A stretch of 64,000 nucleotides of DNA from a virus (lineage: Duplodnaviria; Caudoviricetes): positions 16,425 to 80,424 of the IMG/VR virus record IMGVR_UViG_3300037455_000467. The stretch is one strand, 5' to 3'. Of this stretch, positions 9,820 through 18,740 are shown in pieces (position 1 is the stretch's first letter; every line of letters begins with the position of its first letter). Below the pieces are notes generated by a model that saw only the letters and a program-made list of their open reading frames with translations, had not been told where the DNA came from and made no database searches. The translations under genes and the position numbers were made by a program.

Positions 9820-10152
9820 TTATGCCATCATTTCTAATTTATTTGCTATATCAATTTCAACATCATACGGTACTCTTAGAATATTAACTTTCCCTTTACA
9901 ATGAGACGATTCTATTAATCGAATAACTGTAGATAAATCGCTTTCCATAAATCCATGCGAATTTTCTATTTGTATAAAATATATCATTCCATATGTTTTT
10001 TCATTATCATCTACTTGTATTTTACTTCTTAAAAGTTTAACTTCAAATAATTCTTCAAGTTCATGCATGAATTTACCGTTATATGATGTTATGTATTCTT
10101 CTAATTCGTTGAATGAATCGAAAACTATTTTCAATAAATATGCAATTGTCAT
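9820..10152 (-). CDS. hypothetical protein
   Basis: ORF in array. Confidence 0.55.
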   Translation of the reverse strand: MTIAYLLKIVFDSFNELEEYITSYNGKFMHELEELFEVKLLRSKIQVDDNEKTYGMIYFIQIENSHGFMESDLSTVIRLIESSHCKGKVNILRVPYDVEIDIANKLEMMA

Positions 10153-10179
10153 TATTACTCCAAAACATCTAACTCTAAT

Positions 10180-10629
10180 TTAAGCATTTCTTACCGCCAT
10201 TGAAATATCTTTAATTTCTATAATCATTTCAGTATACTTATGATCATATGTATCACGACAAATAGTTCTAACCGGAAATATATAATTGTTATGAACTTCA
10301 TGCCAATAACCATTATAATAAAATTTTGTAATATTATCACAATTAAAATCATGTGGAATGTAATATAATTCTGTAGCACTACCAGCTATGTTAATACCTA
10401 ATGCATTTCCTAATAATTTATGTCCTTGTTTTATAATCTTTAAATTCATGCATGTAGCAATAAAACTCATTGGTGGAGCATAAATATAAGTAGCACCTCC
10501 ATAAATGGATACTAAAATATACTCATCACCCATCCACTCATATTGAAGCATCCATATAACTTCGTCATCTAAATCTTCTCTTATATTAACTGCAAATAAC
10601 TCACCCATTGCATTTTTAACAGTAAGCAT
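10180..10629 (-). CDS. hypothetical protein
   Basis: ORF in array. Confidence 0.55.
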   Translation of the reverse strand: MLTVKNAMGELFAVNIREDLDDEVIWMLQYEWMGDEYILVSIYGGATYIYAPPMSFIATCMNLKIIKQGHKLLGNALGINIAGSATELYYIPHDFNCDNITKFYYNGYWHEVHNNYIFPVRTICRDTYDHKYTEMIIEIKDISMAVRNA

Positions 10630-10642
10630 GCGTTAGCTCTTT

Positions 10643-10852
10643 CTAAAATTTATAAATGTCATCACTTTTGGACTGTTCTTCCCATTCTATAGCATCAATC
10701 TCGCCGTGATCTATAATTTCGTTCAAATTCACCAAACCACAATAATATTTTATATAATATGGATTTGTAAGACAATCATTTACTTCAACACACATAGCAC
10801 ATTTCCTGCCCATACATTTTCGTCTAATAAGAGGACAAAATTTCTTCGCCAT
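10643..10852 (-). CDS. small cysteine-rich protein
   Basis: CPL...C...CAMC...C...CGL. Confidence 0.55.
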   Translation of the reverse strand: MAKKFCPLIRRKCMGRKCAMCVEVNDCLTNPYYIKYYCGLVNLNEIIDHGEIDAIEWEEQSKSDDIYKF

Positions 10853-10864
10853 AAAATATAAACC

Positions 10865-11104
10865 TCATACTTTTTGCGTGAGTTCACGTTCAATCATGTC
10901 GCCATTTGAATCGAACTTTATTTTAAGTGTCTTATTCTTATCATTAATATATAAATTCATTTGAAAAGCAGTAGAACTATTATAATAATGTTCATAATCA
11001 GGAGCACATGCTTCAAATTCTAAATTAATTGTAGAATTTTCTGATAATTCAAATTCTTTAACAAGTTCATCAATTTGCTTGACTGTTATAGGGTTTCTCT
11101 TCAT
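10865..11104 (-). CDS. hypothetical protein
   Basis: ORF in array. Confidence 0.5.
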   Translation of the reverse strand: MKRNPITVKQIDELVKEFELSENSTINLEFEACAPDYEHYYNSSTAFQMNLYINDKNKTLKIKFDSNGDMIERELTQKV

Positions 11105-11285
11105 TTAAATACCTTCTCATAGTTCTAACATTCGTATGCTGATCTGGAAATTTATAAATAGGACAATTTAGACAAGTATTGTCTTTCATTTGACCAACTT
11201 TACACTTAGGCTTAAAATATAAACCATGCTCTCTACAAATCTCTTCCTCATACCATGGACAATTATAATCTAAATATTTACTCAT
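11070..11285 (-). CDS. small cysteine-rich protein
   Basis: CPWY...C...C...CLNCP. Confidence 0.55.
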   Translation of the reverse strand: MSKYLDYNCPWYEEEICREHGLYFKPKCKVGQMKDNTCLNCPIYKFPDQHTNVRTMRRYLNEEKPYNSQAN

Positions 11286-11698
11286 TCTACGTTCCCGTTA
11301 AAATATAATGGATTACTATGATCTATCAAATATATGTACTTAGCTAATAATCTATTAGCAAATGTATCGAAAGAAATATCCTGATATGCAACATAAGTTA
11401 ACCAAGTAGAACTCTCATGCGCACAATCGCGAATTTCAATTCTATACTTAGTTTTCTTTAGATAAAACTTATCATCTTCTGGAATTTTAGCAATGTCAGC
11501 ATCTTTGTAACTAATTAAGTACCGTAATGCAGAATATAAATTGTCTTTTAATTTACCAATATTAAAATATTGTTTAGTATGAATATCATACTTCCTTGTA
11601 ATTACATCCATGATAAAATCTTGAAGTTCTATAACAGATGTATATGAATCTACGCTGCCAGTTTCATCTCGCATTTTAAAATCCTTTCTAAACTCCAA
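11282..11698 (-). CDS. hypothetical protein
   Basis: ORF in array. Confidence 0.55.
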   Translation of the reverse strand: MEFRKDFKMRDETGSVDSYTSVIELQDFIMDVITRKYDIHTKQYFNIGKLKDNLYSALRYLISYKDADIAKIPEDDKFYLKKTKYRIEIRDCAHESSTWLTYVAYQDISFDTFANRLLAKYIYLIDHSNPLYFNGNVE

Positions 11699-11972
11699 AT
11701 ATCATTCTAAAAAATCTAAATATAAATGGATGTCGTTTAATGTTATATAACATTTGATGATTAAGCTCTAAATTAACAGTTTCAAAATTTCCAGTATCAA
11801 TAATCCAATCAGAAACAATAAATAAATCTTGCCAAAATAAACTAAATTTACAATATTCTTCTAATTGAGTACCATTATGATATCTGTCATATAATGCTTC
11901 GTCAAGCATTTCTAATCGATCAATATCAAACTTTGCCATATAAATCTCCAAAAATATAAAACATTCTTTCAC
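11688..11972 (-). CDS. hypothetical protein
   Basis: ORF in array. Confidence 0.5.
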   Translation of the reverse strand: MKECFIFLEIYMAKFDIDRLEMLDEALYDRYHNGTQLEEYCKFSLFWQDLFIVSDWIIDTGNFETVNLELNHQMLYNIKRHPFIFRFFRMIFGV

Positions 11973-12205
11973 ATTGTTAAAAAGTTCTTTATTTGTTAAC
12001 GACTTCGTTTACTTTTTAACATCTTCATTTTCTACCCTTTAAATCGAACAATATTAAATCTTCTTTTGATGGTTTGTATTTTTTCATTTCTTTTAGAAAA
12101 TCAGATAATTTTTGTTTAGTATTATTTAAATGAATTATTTCATAGTTATTCAAATTAAATTTTTCAATTTTATCATTCATAAAAACCTTTTTCAAAATAT
12201 AAATG

Positions 12206-12278
12206 TGGGCCCTATGGGAATCGAACCCATGACCTTGAGATTAAAAGTCTCCTGCTCTACCAACTGAGCTAAGGGCCC
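12206..12278 (-). tRNA. trnK: tRNA-Lys (anticodon TTT), CCA not encoded
   Basis: GGGCCCT/AGGGCCC acceptor stem, GCTC-AGTTGGTA-GAGC D arm, loop CTTTTAA, T arm ATGGG-TTCGATT-CCCAT. Confidence 0.95.
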
Positions 12279-12472
12279 AATACAAACAAATATCAGCTAT
12301 TTATAGTCTGACACTTGTCTTGTATACTATTATCCACAGATGTTAATACTGTTGGAATATCAAACAAAATAGCTAATCCTCTCGCAAAAGTATCCATGTC
12401 TTCTTGTTGTATAGGACCAGAGGAATTTTCATCCAACCTAATGTGAGAAATATAACGCGTATCGCTCATCAT

Positions 12473-12709
12473 TTAAATCGCCCTAGCAAAAGTTGCACCA
12501 TCACAAGCTTTAACAATCTGATCAACTAAATCATAAACTTCAACAAAATCAGTATGAATGTAAAAACAATAAATTCCATGTCCATACTCTTCAACTTCAG
12601 GAAGAATTTTTATATAACTTTTAGAAATCTTTTTAAGATTAGAGAATATCGACTTAATTTCAAGTGCTTTATCTTTATTACCAAAAATAGCTCTAATTTC
12701 ATACATCAT
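12473..12709 (-). CDS. hypothetical protein
   Basis: ORF with GGAG upstream. Confidence 0.55.
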   Translation of the reverse strand: MMYEIRAIFGNKDKALEIKSIFSNLKKISKSYIKILPEVEEYGHGIYCFYIHTDFVEVYDLVDQIVKACDGATFARAI

Positions 12710-12749
12710 GTTAATACTCCTTATAAACTTTTTGATAACTTTAAAAAGT

Positions 12750-12779
12750 GATACTAAGCCCCTCCCTCCACTTAGTATC
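12750..12779 (-). terminator. stem-loop (9-bp stem, TGGAGGGAGGGG loop) followed by CACTTTTT
   Basis: GATACTAAG/CTTAGTATC inverted repeat. Confidence 0.55.
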
Positions 12780-12931
12780 GTTATTCAATCGACCATTAAA
12801 TATCATACAGCAGGTGAAAAGCCGTATCATGCGCCTAGTTGATAAACTTTTATTCGTGTATAGGTTTGACATTAAAGTCAGAGAAGCAAACCGCATGATA
12901 AATAATAGTCATGAATACCCAAAATATAAAC

Positions 12932-13159
12932 TTACATCATCTTAAGAAGATGATTGACTGTGCGCATATTCCCTTCATATACGCCTTGAGAAATCATTTG
13001 TATTGGCACGGCTACACTAATGACAACTAAGGCTCCACAGAATAATGCAGTAGTAATGATAGGATGATCTTCTATTACTTTAGAAACTTTGTCTTTCATA
13101 ATGCAATCCTTTCCGAAAAAATATAAGAGGAGCCAAATCGTCAGTTCCTCTTCCGTCAT
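12932..13159 (-). CDS. small membrane protein
   Basis: IITTALFCGALVVISVAVPI TM segment. Confidence 0.5.
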   Translation of the reverse strand: MTEEELTIWLLLYFFGKDCIMKDKVSKVIEDHPIITTALFCGALVVISVAVPIQMISQGVYEGNMRTVNHLLKMM

Positions 13160-13173
13160 TATAGTAATGGTAA

Positions 13174-13467
13174 TTATTGCGAATTTCTAACCTCTACCCA
13201 TTTAAAATATTCTTCATTAGTTAGTCCTTCGCTCTCTATTGACCGAGCCCTAGCATTAGCATATGCTTGCGTAATAGTAGCCTCAGCATAAATATCAGCT
13301 TCAAGTTTTTTAGTATAAGTATTAAGTACGTTATGCCCCCATGTAAAGTATAGAAGCACAAATATCAATCCGATTACAATAATTCGAACGAGTCGAACTA
13401 TCTGCTTATTATCATCTGCATCTATTTTAAGCTTAGCAAGTTCAGCAGAATCAATATCAACTTTCAT
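13174..13467 (-). CDS. single-TM protein with coiled coil (weak resemblance to SPFH C-terminus)
   Basis: TM helix then AEA...A.A.A...SEGLT. Confidence 0.45.
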   Translation of the reverse strand: MKVDIDSAELAKLKIDADDNKQIVRLVRIIVIGLIFVLLYFTWGHNVLNTYTKKLEADIYAEATITQAYANARARSIESEGLTNEEYFKWVEVRNSQ

Positions 13468-13705
13468 TAAGCGCCCTTTCTATCTCATCATAGTCAATGT
13501 TAGTTTTATTATATATAATAATTTTAGACTCTGTTGACCAAGGAGTACTATCAATAGTTGATAATAGATAATCATTTAGGATACTATTTTTATCCATCCA
13601 ATTATCAGCATACTCACTAGCTTCTTCATAAGTTAAAGATACAAGTTTGACTATTTTACCATATTGACTATAATGAAACAAATATAAATCATAAAGTGTA
13701 GGCAA
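13457..13705 (-). CDS. hypothetical protein
   Basis: ORF in array. Confidence 0.5.
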   Translation of the reverse strand: MPTLYDLYLFHYSQYGKIVKLVSLTYEEASEYADNWMDKNSILNDYLLSTIDSTPWSTESKIIIYNKTNIDYDEIERALNES

Positions 13706-13711
13706 TTGTCA

Positions 13712-13918
13712 TCACCCTTTTATAGTTCGACTCATGTATTTCTTACGTTCTTTTTTCCAATCTTTAAGTTTCTTTACACGAGTTTGATGTCTATTATAGA
13801 CTTTATTACCGTCTTCATAACCTCTAGCATAAGCAGTTTTAGCTACAAATATACATGCAATAGTAGTAATTATAGTAAACGGAATGAACATGATTGCAAA
13901 CATGAAAATATCCGACAT
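13712..13918 (-). CDS. single-TM protein with basic tail
   Basis: N-terminal hydrophobic helix. Confidence 0.55.
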   Translation of the reverse strand: MSDIFMFAIMFIPFTIITTIACIFVAKTAYARGYEDGNKVYNRHQTRVKKLKDWKKERKKYMSRTIKG

Positions 13919-13939
13919 ATTATAGCTCCTTAATAAACT

Positions 13940-14623
13940 TTACTCTTCAACTGGATGAAGAAACTCATTGTTAAAATTATTAATCCAACCAATAGGAATG
14001 TCCTCAATACCAAAATATAAACCAGCTAAAGCACCAGTAACTGCTAGAATACTAATCGGGCAATTGTCAAAGCTCATAGCTCTATTTAATGCATCCATGT
14101 ATGTCTCAGAGAATATAAATGACCACATGCTAGCAAAGAATACATTTTTAGCGTTATAGTCAATAACTACTTCACTTTGATTTACATCAAGCTCTGGAAG
14201 AATCTCTAAAATATCATTATCATCTTTAATCTGGTTGTACACAATATCATGTAGCAAATGAACGTACTCGATAGCTACTCCATGAGCGATTCTATCTTCA
14301 GTAAATATAGAACAAATATTACTTATAACGTCACTCATCTTACCATCATATGAATATGAACTAATAAACCCTAATGGAGAAATATAAATCAACACATCTC
14401 CGTCATTGAACGAATTCCTTAGCTGATCAGCAGTAAGAATAGATTCGAGTCCATTGCGAATATCAGTAGGATTAACTTTATTGGTATCAATAATAGTTCG
14501 AGTTATTGAAATTAGCAATTCAGTAGGAATCTTATACTCGGGAACTTGACTCATAGCATAACAAGCACCAGCTAAAATATCAGTGATGTATTTAACTCGC
14601 GTAGATTTCATAGCAAACTCCAA
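13940..14623 (-). CDS. ADP-ribosylglycohydrolase-fold protein, catalytic acidic motifs apparently missing
   Basis: C-terminal AVTGALAGLYFGIEDIPIGW matches the ARH/DraG signature; no GDAxG, TDD or DxD seen. Confidence 0.65.
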   Translation of the reverse strand: MEFAMKSTRVKYITDILAGACYAMSQVPEYKIPTELLISITRTIIDTNKVNPTDIRNGLESILTADQLRNSFNDGDVLIYISPLGFISSYSYDGKMSDVISNICSIFTEDRIAHGVAIEYVHLLHDIVYNQIKDDNDILEILPELDVNQSEVVIDYNAKNVFFASMWSFIFSETYMDALNRAMSFDNCPISILAVTGALAGLYFGIEDIPIGWINNFNNEFLHPVEE

Positions 14624-14633
14624 TCAGAAAAAT

Positions 14634-14666
14634 ATGAGGATTAGTAAACTTTCTACTAACCCTCAT
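14634..14666 (-). terminator. intrinsic terminator-like hairpin
   Basis: ATGAGG-x-TTAGT/ACTAA-x-CCTCAT stem then ATTTTTC. Confidence 0.55.
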
Positions 14667-14671
14667 GTTTA

Positions 14672-14860
14672 TTAAGACCTATTCCTGCGCATTCTATGAT
14701 TTCTTACTCGAATATCAATCTTTCCTTCTTCGACATCCTCAATGCATCTATCATAACCATTCCAGTCACCCAATTTATAACCTGCTATAAAGGTTATAAT
14801 AATGACTACCATCGTTAGAATAAATGCTAAGTCAAACCCCGTAAAGAAATGATTAAACAT
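14672..14860 (-). CDS. single-TM protein
   Basis: LAFILTMVVIIITFIAGY. Confidence 0.55.
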   Translation of the reverse strand: MFNHFFTGFDLAFILTMVVIIITFIAGYKLGDWNGYDRCIEDVEEGKIDIRVRNHRMRRNRS

Positions 14861-14889
14861 TTTTGCTCCAATCTTCCTACGTTTACAGT

Positions 14890-14917
14890 CCTATATAAGT
14901 ACTGGTAAATTGTGCGA
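14890..14917 (-). promoter_or_regulatory. repeated promoter-like motif TCGCA-N14-TWWWAT-AG (copy 1 of 7)
   Basis: TCGCA caatttaccagtac TTATAT AGG upstream of ORF 14672..14860. Confidence 0.6.
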
Positions 14918-14943
14918 AAATATGGAGATTTTGTGTTTAAGTA

Positions 14944-15606
14944 TCAATATTCGATGTCATCAAAGCACCAAGGAGCCAAAGTTTTAATCTCTTCAAATAA
15001 AGGAATCATTACTTCTCGCATCTGATAATGTGCATGCGAATCGCATCGAAGATTGAATATATTACGCCACTCTCGATAGTTAGTTGTTACATAAAGCTCA
15101 GTCTTAGTATCAGTTGGTAAACATCCACGAGCTTCTTCTGGAGTTTGTCCAGCTTCAAGACGTTTAAAATATTCTTCTTCTGCTCGCTCAAGTCCATCAA
15201 TCCAAATATTCTCAACAGCAGATTCAAATGATGCTGAGTCTTTAATAAAAGTTATCTGTTTGCCGAAACGTCCACCACTATAATTACAATATCGACTACT
15301 TTCTTGAGCATATGCAGTATGTCGATGTCGTACTATTTCATGAGAAATGCCTCGATTGATTATAAATAGAACACTAAGGCTAGAATGCTCAAGTGGACTA
15401 TGATGAGGATGCTTAGGATCTCGATCACGAATCCTACGGATGAGTGCACATTGCTCTTCATATGTTTGTAGCTCTGGAAACTTATAGCAGATTCTTGCAG
15501 CTTTGGCTATACGACGAGCATCTTCTCGTGGCTCGAAATGATCAATTTCATATTTTGCATCAATTATTTGCATTATTACCGCCCTCAATAATTTTATTAT
15601 GAGCAT
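14944..15606 (-). CDS. thyX: FAD-dependent thymidylate synthase (likely start ATG 15573)
   Basis: HHSPLEH, RGISHEIVRHR..AYAQESSRY, ARGCLP, LR...HAHYQMR. Confidence 0.92.
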   Translation of the reverse strand: MLIIKLLRAVIMQIIDAKYEIDHFEPREDARRIAKAARICYKFPELQTYEEQCALIRRIRDRDPKHPHHSPLEHSSLSVLFIINRGISHEIVRHRHTAYAQESSRYCNYSGGRFGKQITFIKDSASFESAVENIWIDGLERAEEEYFKRLEAGQTPEEARGCLPTDTKTELYVTTNYREWRNIFNLRCDSHAHYQMREVMIPLFEEIKTLAPWCFDDIEY

Positions 15607-15898
15607 CTACTCCACAAACTCTAATATGCCATCTATCAATTTTTGCTTCTTTAGCAATATCATCAACCGATAGTCCAAGAGTTTCTACACAAATCATAAC
15701 GTCAGTAAGTTCTTCAGAAATATTATCATCAATCTCGAACATCTTACGAGGAGTATAATTTTCATTACGAATCTTACGAGCCTTTTTTAAACATGCATGT
15801 GCGAGTTCGATGCATTCTTCAGCCATCTGTTCGAACTTTGCTGCATCAGAAAGCTGATTACGAATATCATTTAGCATAGCTTCATATTCAAAACTCAT
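15560..15898 (-). CDS. MazG-like nucleoside triphosphate pyrophosphohydrolase
   Basis: QMAEECIEL...ISEELTDV EExxE/EExxD motif. Confidence 0.75.
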   Translation of the reverse strand: MSFEYEAMLNDIRNQLSDAAKFEQMAEECIELAHACLKKARKIRNENYTPRKMFEIDDNISEELTDVMICVETLGLSVDDIAKEAKIDRWHIRVCGVDAHNKIIEGGNNANN

Positions 15899-16281
15899 AG
15901 AAATCCTTTCGGCTGTTTTACTTGTAAAATTAATCTAGTGGCATAACATTGTTCGTTGTTATATGTTTTATTAGAATATCGCTTAAGGGCTAATTCTTTG
16001 ATTGTTACTAAATCAATTGGAATATAACGTAATTTCTCATCACTCAGGTTAGTTACTCGAATTCCATTAAGTTGAATACGAGTATTATTATTGAGTCTAA
16101 CTTTAAGGGAAAAGAAACTATCCTTATCATGATGTGGTACAATATCATGCTCCATTAGACGAACTACGTCTTTTCGAGCTATATTAACTATTACATAGTA
16201 TCCTCTATCAGAATAGTTGAATAACTCGATTGGAGATACTGATAAATATAAATTAGAGTCTTCGAAGTAGCAGTTCTTCAT
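15895..16281 (-). CDS. hypothetical protein, possibly OB-fold/SSB-like
   Basis: beta-rich pattern weakly reminiscent of phage SSBs. Confidence 0.3.
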   Translation of the reverse strand: MKNCYFEDSNLYLSVSPIELFNYSDRGYYVIVNIARKDVVRLMEHDIVPHHDKDSFFSLKVRLNNNTRIQLNGIRVTNLSDEKLRYIPIDLVTIKELALKRYSNKTYNNEQCYATRLILQVKQPKGFL

Positions 16282-16366
16282 TCATAGAATCCAGTCTCCA
16301 TTCAGCTCATAGTGAAGTAAATATAAGTCCCAACAAATCGAGGCACGAATACTTGTGAGACATGAC

Positions 16367-16669
16367 TTACTTCAATACATTCATTTGACGCAAAATATCA
16401 TAAACATCTTCACCATTGAGCTTACGGTATCTAATCATTTGTTTTTCATTATTTGAGAGTTTACGTTTTAAATCCCAGTGAATCATAGATGATGGATCAT
16501 AGTATGTTTGCTCGGAAGAAATATAACGACGATTTACTGACATTGTTTGAGTTAGTCTAACAATAGTTGATAAACATGTAATAGCTGCCACAATAATAGC
16601 AGTTGCTTCTCTTGGATTATTTGCTGCATAGTTAATAATTTCTTTTACAGTATTCTTATCAACATTCAT
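16367..16669 (-). CDS. single-TM hypothetical phage protein
   Basis: TM then YYDPS..HW.LKRKL...E motif. Confidence 0.55.
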   Translation of the reverse strand: MNVDKNTVKEIINYAANNPREATAIIVAAITCLSTIVRLTQTMSVNRRYISSEQTYYDPSSMIHWDLKRKLSNNEKQMIRYRKLNGEDVYDILRQMNVLK

Positions 16670-16732
16670 AATTTTTCCAATCTTTTGTAAAAATATAAAA
16701 GTAGGGTAGAGTGTAAAATTTGTTTTATAACT

Positions 16733-16957
16733 TTATGCTTTCTTATACATTATACCATCGATTGTAATATAATCATTCTGGTTGTCATCTTTTAGTTTTT
16801 CTTGAATGCTGTCAAGAATACTTGCTGGATTATCTTGGTCATCAGAATCCACTTCTTGACCACGACGATAACCAGCCTCGTATGCAGCAGACAACATAAA
16901 ATATAAACCAATTCCTGCCCCAACAATACTACAAATATTATAAAATTTTCTTAACAT
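16733..16957 (-). CDS. single-TM protein enclosed by a 14-bp inverted repeat
   Basis: ICSIVGAGIGLYFML; SD AGAAAGGA. Confidence 0.6.
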   Translation of the reverse strand: MLRKFYNICSIVGAGIGLYFMLSAAYEAGYRRGQEVDSDDQDNPASILDSIQEKLKDDNQNDYITIDGIMYKKA

Positions 16958-16995
16958 AATTTCTTAAATCCTTTCTAAATTTTTATACACTCTAC

Positions 16996-17023
16996 CCTAT
17001 AAAGTAGATAGTAATTTTTGCGA
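16996..17023 (-). promoter_or_regulatory. TCGCA-N14-TWWWAT-AG motif copy 2
   Basis: TCGCA aaaattactatcta CTTTAT AGG. Confidence 0.6.
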
Positions 17024-17032
17024 CTACTCTTA

Positions 17033-17215
17033 TTAAGAATATAATTGTATATATGCTTTTAGTTCTGAGATTCGTTTATTAAGTTTTTTAAGTTTTTTCT
17101 GAATGCTATCTTTCTGCAGTTCTATTTCAGAAAGACTTGATAGTATGTTATGTTTAGAATCTATCAAGAAGTCTAAAGTCTTTTTAGCTTCATCGACAAA
17201 CTGCAAATATAACAC
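17033..17215 (-). CDS. small coiled-coil protein
   Basis: heptad pattern; GGAGG upstream. Confidence 0.55.
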   Translation of the reverse strand: MLYLQFVDEAKKTLDFLIDSKHNILSSLSEIELQKDSIQKKLKKLNKRISELKAYIQLYS

Positions 17216-17218
17216 CTC

Positions 17219-17467
17219 CTAAAATACAGCATCTATTATTAATGGTAGACCAAGTACCTGAGTATCATAAATTACATACTCATCAAAATGCTCGTAATAA
17301 TTTTGCCAATATTGTACTTTAGATGAAATGGTATTACCAAATGGATCAATCTCTGTAAAAATATCAACTCGTTTCCTAGTATCTGCTATAGCATGATCAA
17401 ATACTTGAACTTTATTCAAGTCCATTTCGAAATATTTAGCTATAAATATAATTTCACTAAGTTTCAT
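17219..17467 (-). CDS. hypothetical protein
   Basis: ORF in array. Confidence 0.55.
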   Translation of the reverse strand: MKLSEIIFIAKYFEMDLNKVQVFDHAIADTRKRVDIFTEIDPFGNTISSKVQYWQNYYEHFDEYVIYDTQVLGLPLIIDAVF

Positions 17468-17533
17468 TGGTAATGCATCCTATTTTCAATGGGTAATTAG
17501 TCATATAGATTTAAAAGTACCCTTTAAATGGCT

Positions 17534-17938
17534 TTACAGCGCCTCATTTACCTGCGATTTTGATAGGGTTCTATTTTGGTCAATTTGATAAAGTTTTTGG
17601 GCTAAAAATATAACTTCAGCAGTCTTTTTACCTACTCCTGGTATATTAAATACTTCTTTACTTGATAAATACGCCCATTGCTTAACATCTTTGTATCCTT
17701 CAAGATGAAGACTGTTTGTAGCTCGAACACCAACATCGGATTTTAGAACTTTACATGCTCTCCAAATATAATAGTCGACATCGTCTGGAACTTTCTTTTG
17801 CTTCTGTATCATTCTTATGTTAATTTCTCGAACGCGTGCTGGGGTAATTCCATAAAATCTAGCAACTTCATTATATGATTTACCACTTTTGATAGCTATG
17901 CGAATGTCTCGATTTCTATTGATTTTTTCTTCAGCCAT
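17534..17938 (-). CDS. HTH plus RNA polymerase alpha-CTD-like (HhH) transcription regulator
   Basis: SYNEVARFYGITPARVREI HTH; VRATNSL..EG...LSSKEVFNIPGVGKKTAEVI resembles alpha-CTD. Confidence 0.7.
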   Translation of the reverse strand: MAEEKINRNRDIRIAIKSGKSYNEVARFYGITPARVREINIRMIQKQKKVPDDVDYYIWRACKVLKSDVGVRATNSLHLEGYKDVKQWAYLSSKEVFNIPGVGKKTAEVIFLAQKLYQIDQNRTLSKSQVNEAL

Positions 17939-17953
17939 AATAAAATATAACTC

Positions 17954-18241
17954 CTAGGAGAATGCCCATATATGTTTCTTGCCATTCATAACACTAAGTT
18001 GACCACCATTAATCGAAATAGTTTTTTCAACCTCTGTATCATCAGAGCCAGTATGAATATAACATTTAAATTCGTAAACAGGAGCACCAGTTCTAGTTAA
18101 GTCTTTCTCTTTAGAAACTCGTACCGGATCAATTACAATGATATCATCAAGTAGTTTTGTTCCTCTGAAATCTTCTATGAGATTTGCTCGTGCATTATAA
18201 GCGTCTTTCTGCTCAATAAATCTAACTACAATCTCAACCAT
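17954..18241 (-). CDS. hypothetical protein
   Basis: ORF in array. Confidence 0.55.
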   Translation of the reverse strand: MVEIVVRFIEQKDAYNARANLIEDFRGTKLLDDIIVIDPVRVSKEKDLTRTGAPVYEFKCYIHTGSDDTEVEKTISINGGQLSVMNGKKHIWAFS

Positions 18242-18257
18242 AAATATTCCTTTCTAC

Positions 18258-18527
18258 TTAATCATTTGGTCTATTAGCGAGAACTTGATTTCTAAAATTT
18301 ATATAAGCTAATCGATCTTTTTCAACATCTTGAATTTCATTAATCAAGTCTTCACTCTTAATATACTCTGAACCACTTGATTGACGATACCATTGCTGAA
18401 TTCTGTAATATAATCTTTCTTTATGAAGATTATACGTTCGTTCTAGTTGATTCAGCATTCGAAAAATATAATCTCGATCTTCTATACCATTCTCTTCTAG
18501 TCGTCTATTTATGTAATGTTCTAGCAT
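18258..18527 (-). CDS. hypothetical protein
   Basis: ORF in array. Confidence 0.55.
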   Translation of the reverse strand: MLEHYINRRLEENGIEDRDYIFRMLNQLERTYNLHKERLYYRIQQWYRQSSGSEYIKSEDLINEIQDVEKDRLAYINFRNQVLANRPND

Positions 18528-18663
18528 GATGAAACTCCCGAGAAAAATATAAATAGTTATTTTATTTACCTACCATCCCTACCGTACATGAGTGCTTTGG
18601 CTCCACTCCATCTGAAGTACGCCCTCCTCTCCTAAGCCTCGTCGTACTCTACAAACACTCTAC

Positions 18664-18691
18664 TCTATTATACAAGTGGGAATTTTTGCGA
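18664..18691 (-). promoter_or_regulatory. TCGCA-N14-TWWWAT-AG motif copy 3
   Basis: TCGCA aaaattcccacttg TATAAT AGA. Confidence 0.65.
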
Positions 18692-18702
18692 AAAAATATA
18701 AA

Positions 18703-18730
18703 TCCCCGGAAATTCAACGATCTCCGGGGA
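18703..18730 (-). terminator. GC-rich hairpin ending the HHG-leader operon
   Basis: TCCCCGGA/TCCGGGGA 8-bp stem followed by TTTATATTTTTT. Confidence 0.65.
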
Positions 18731-18740
18731 AATATAAATA

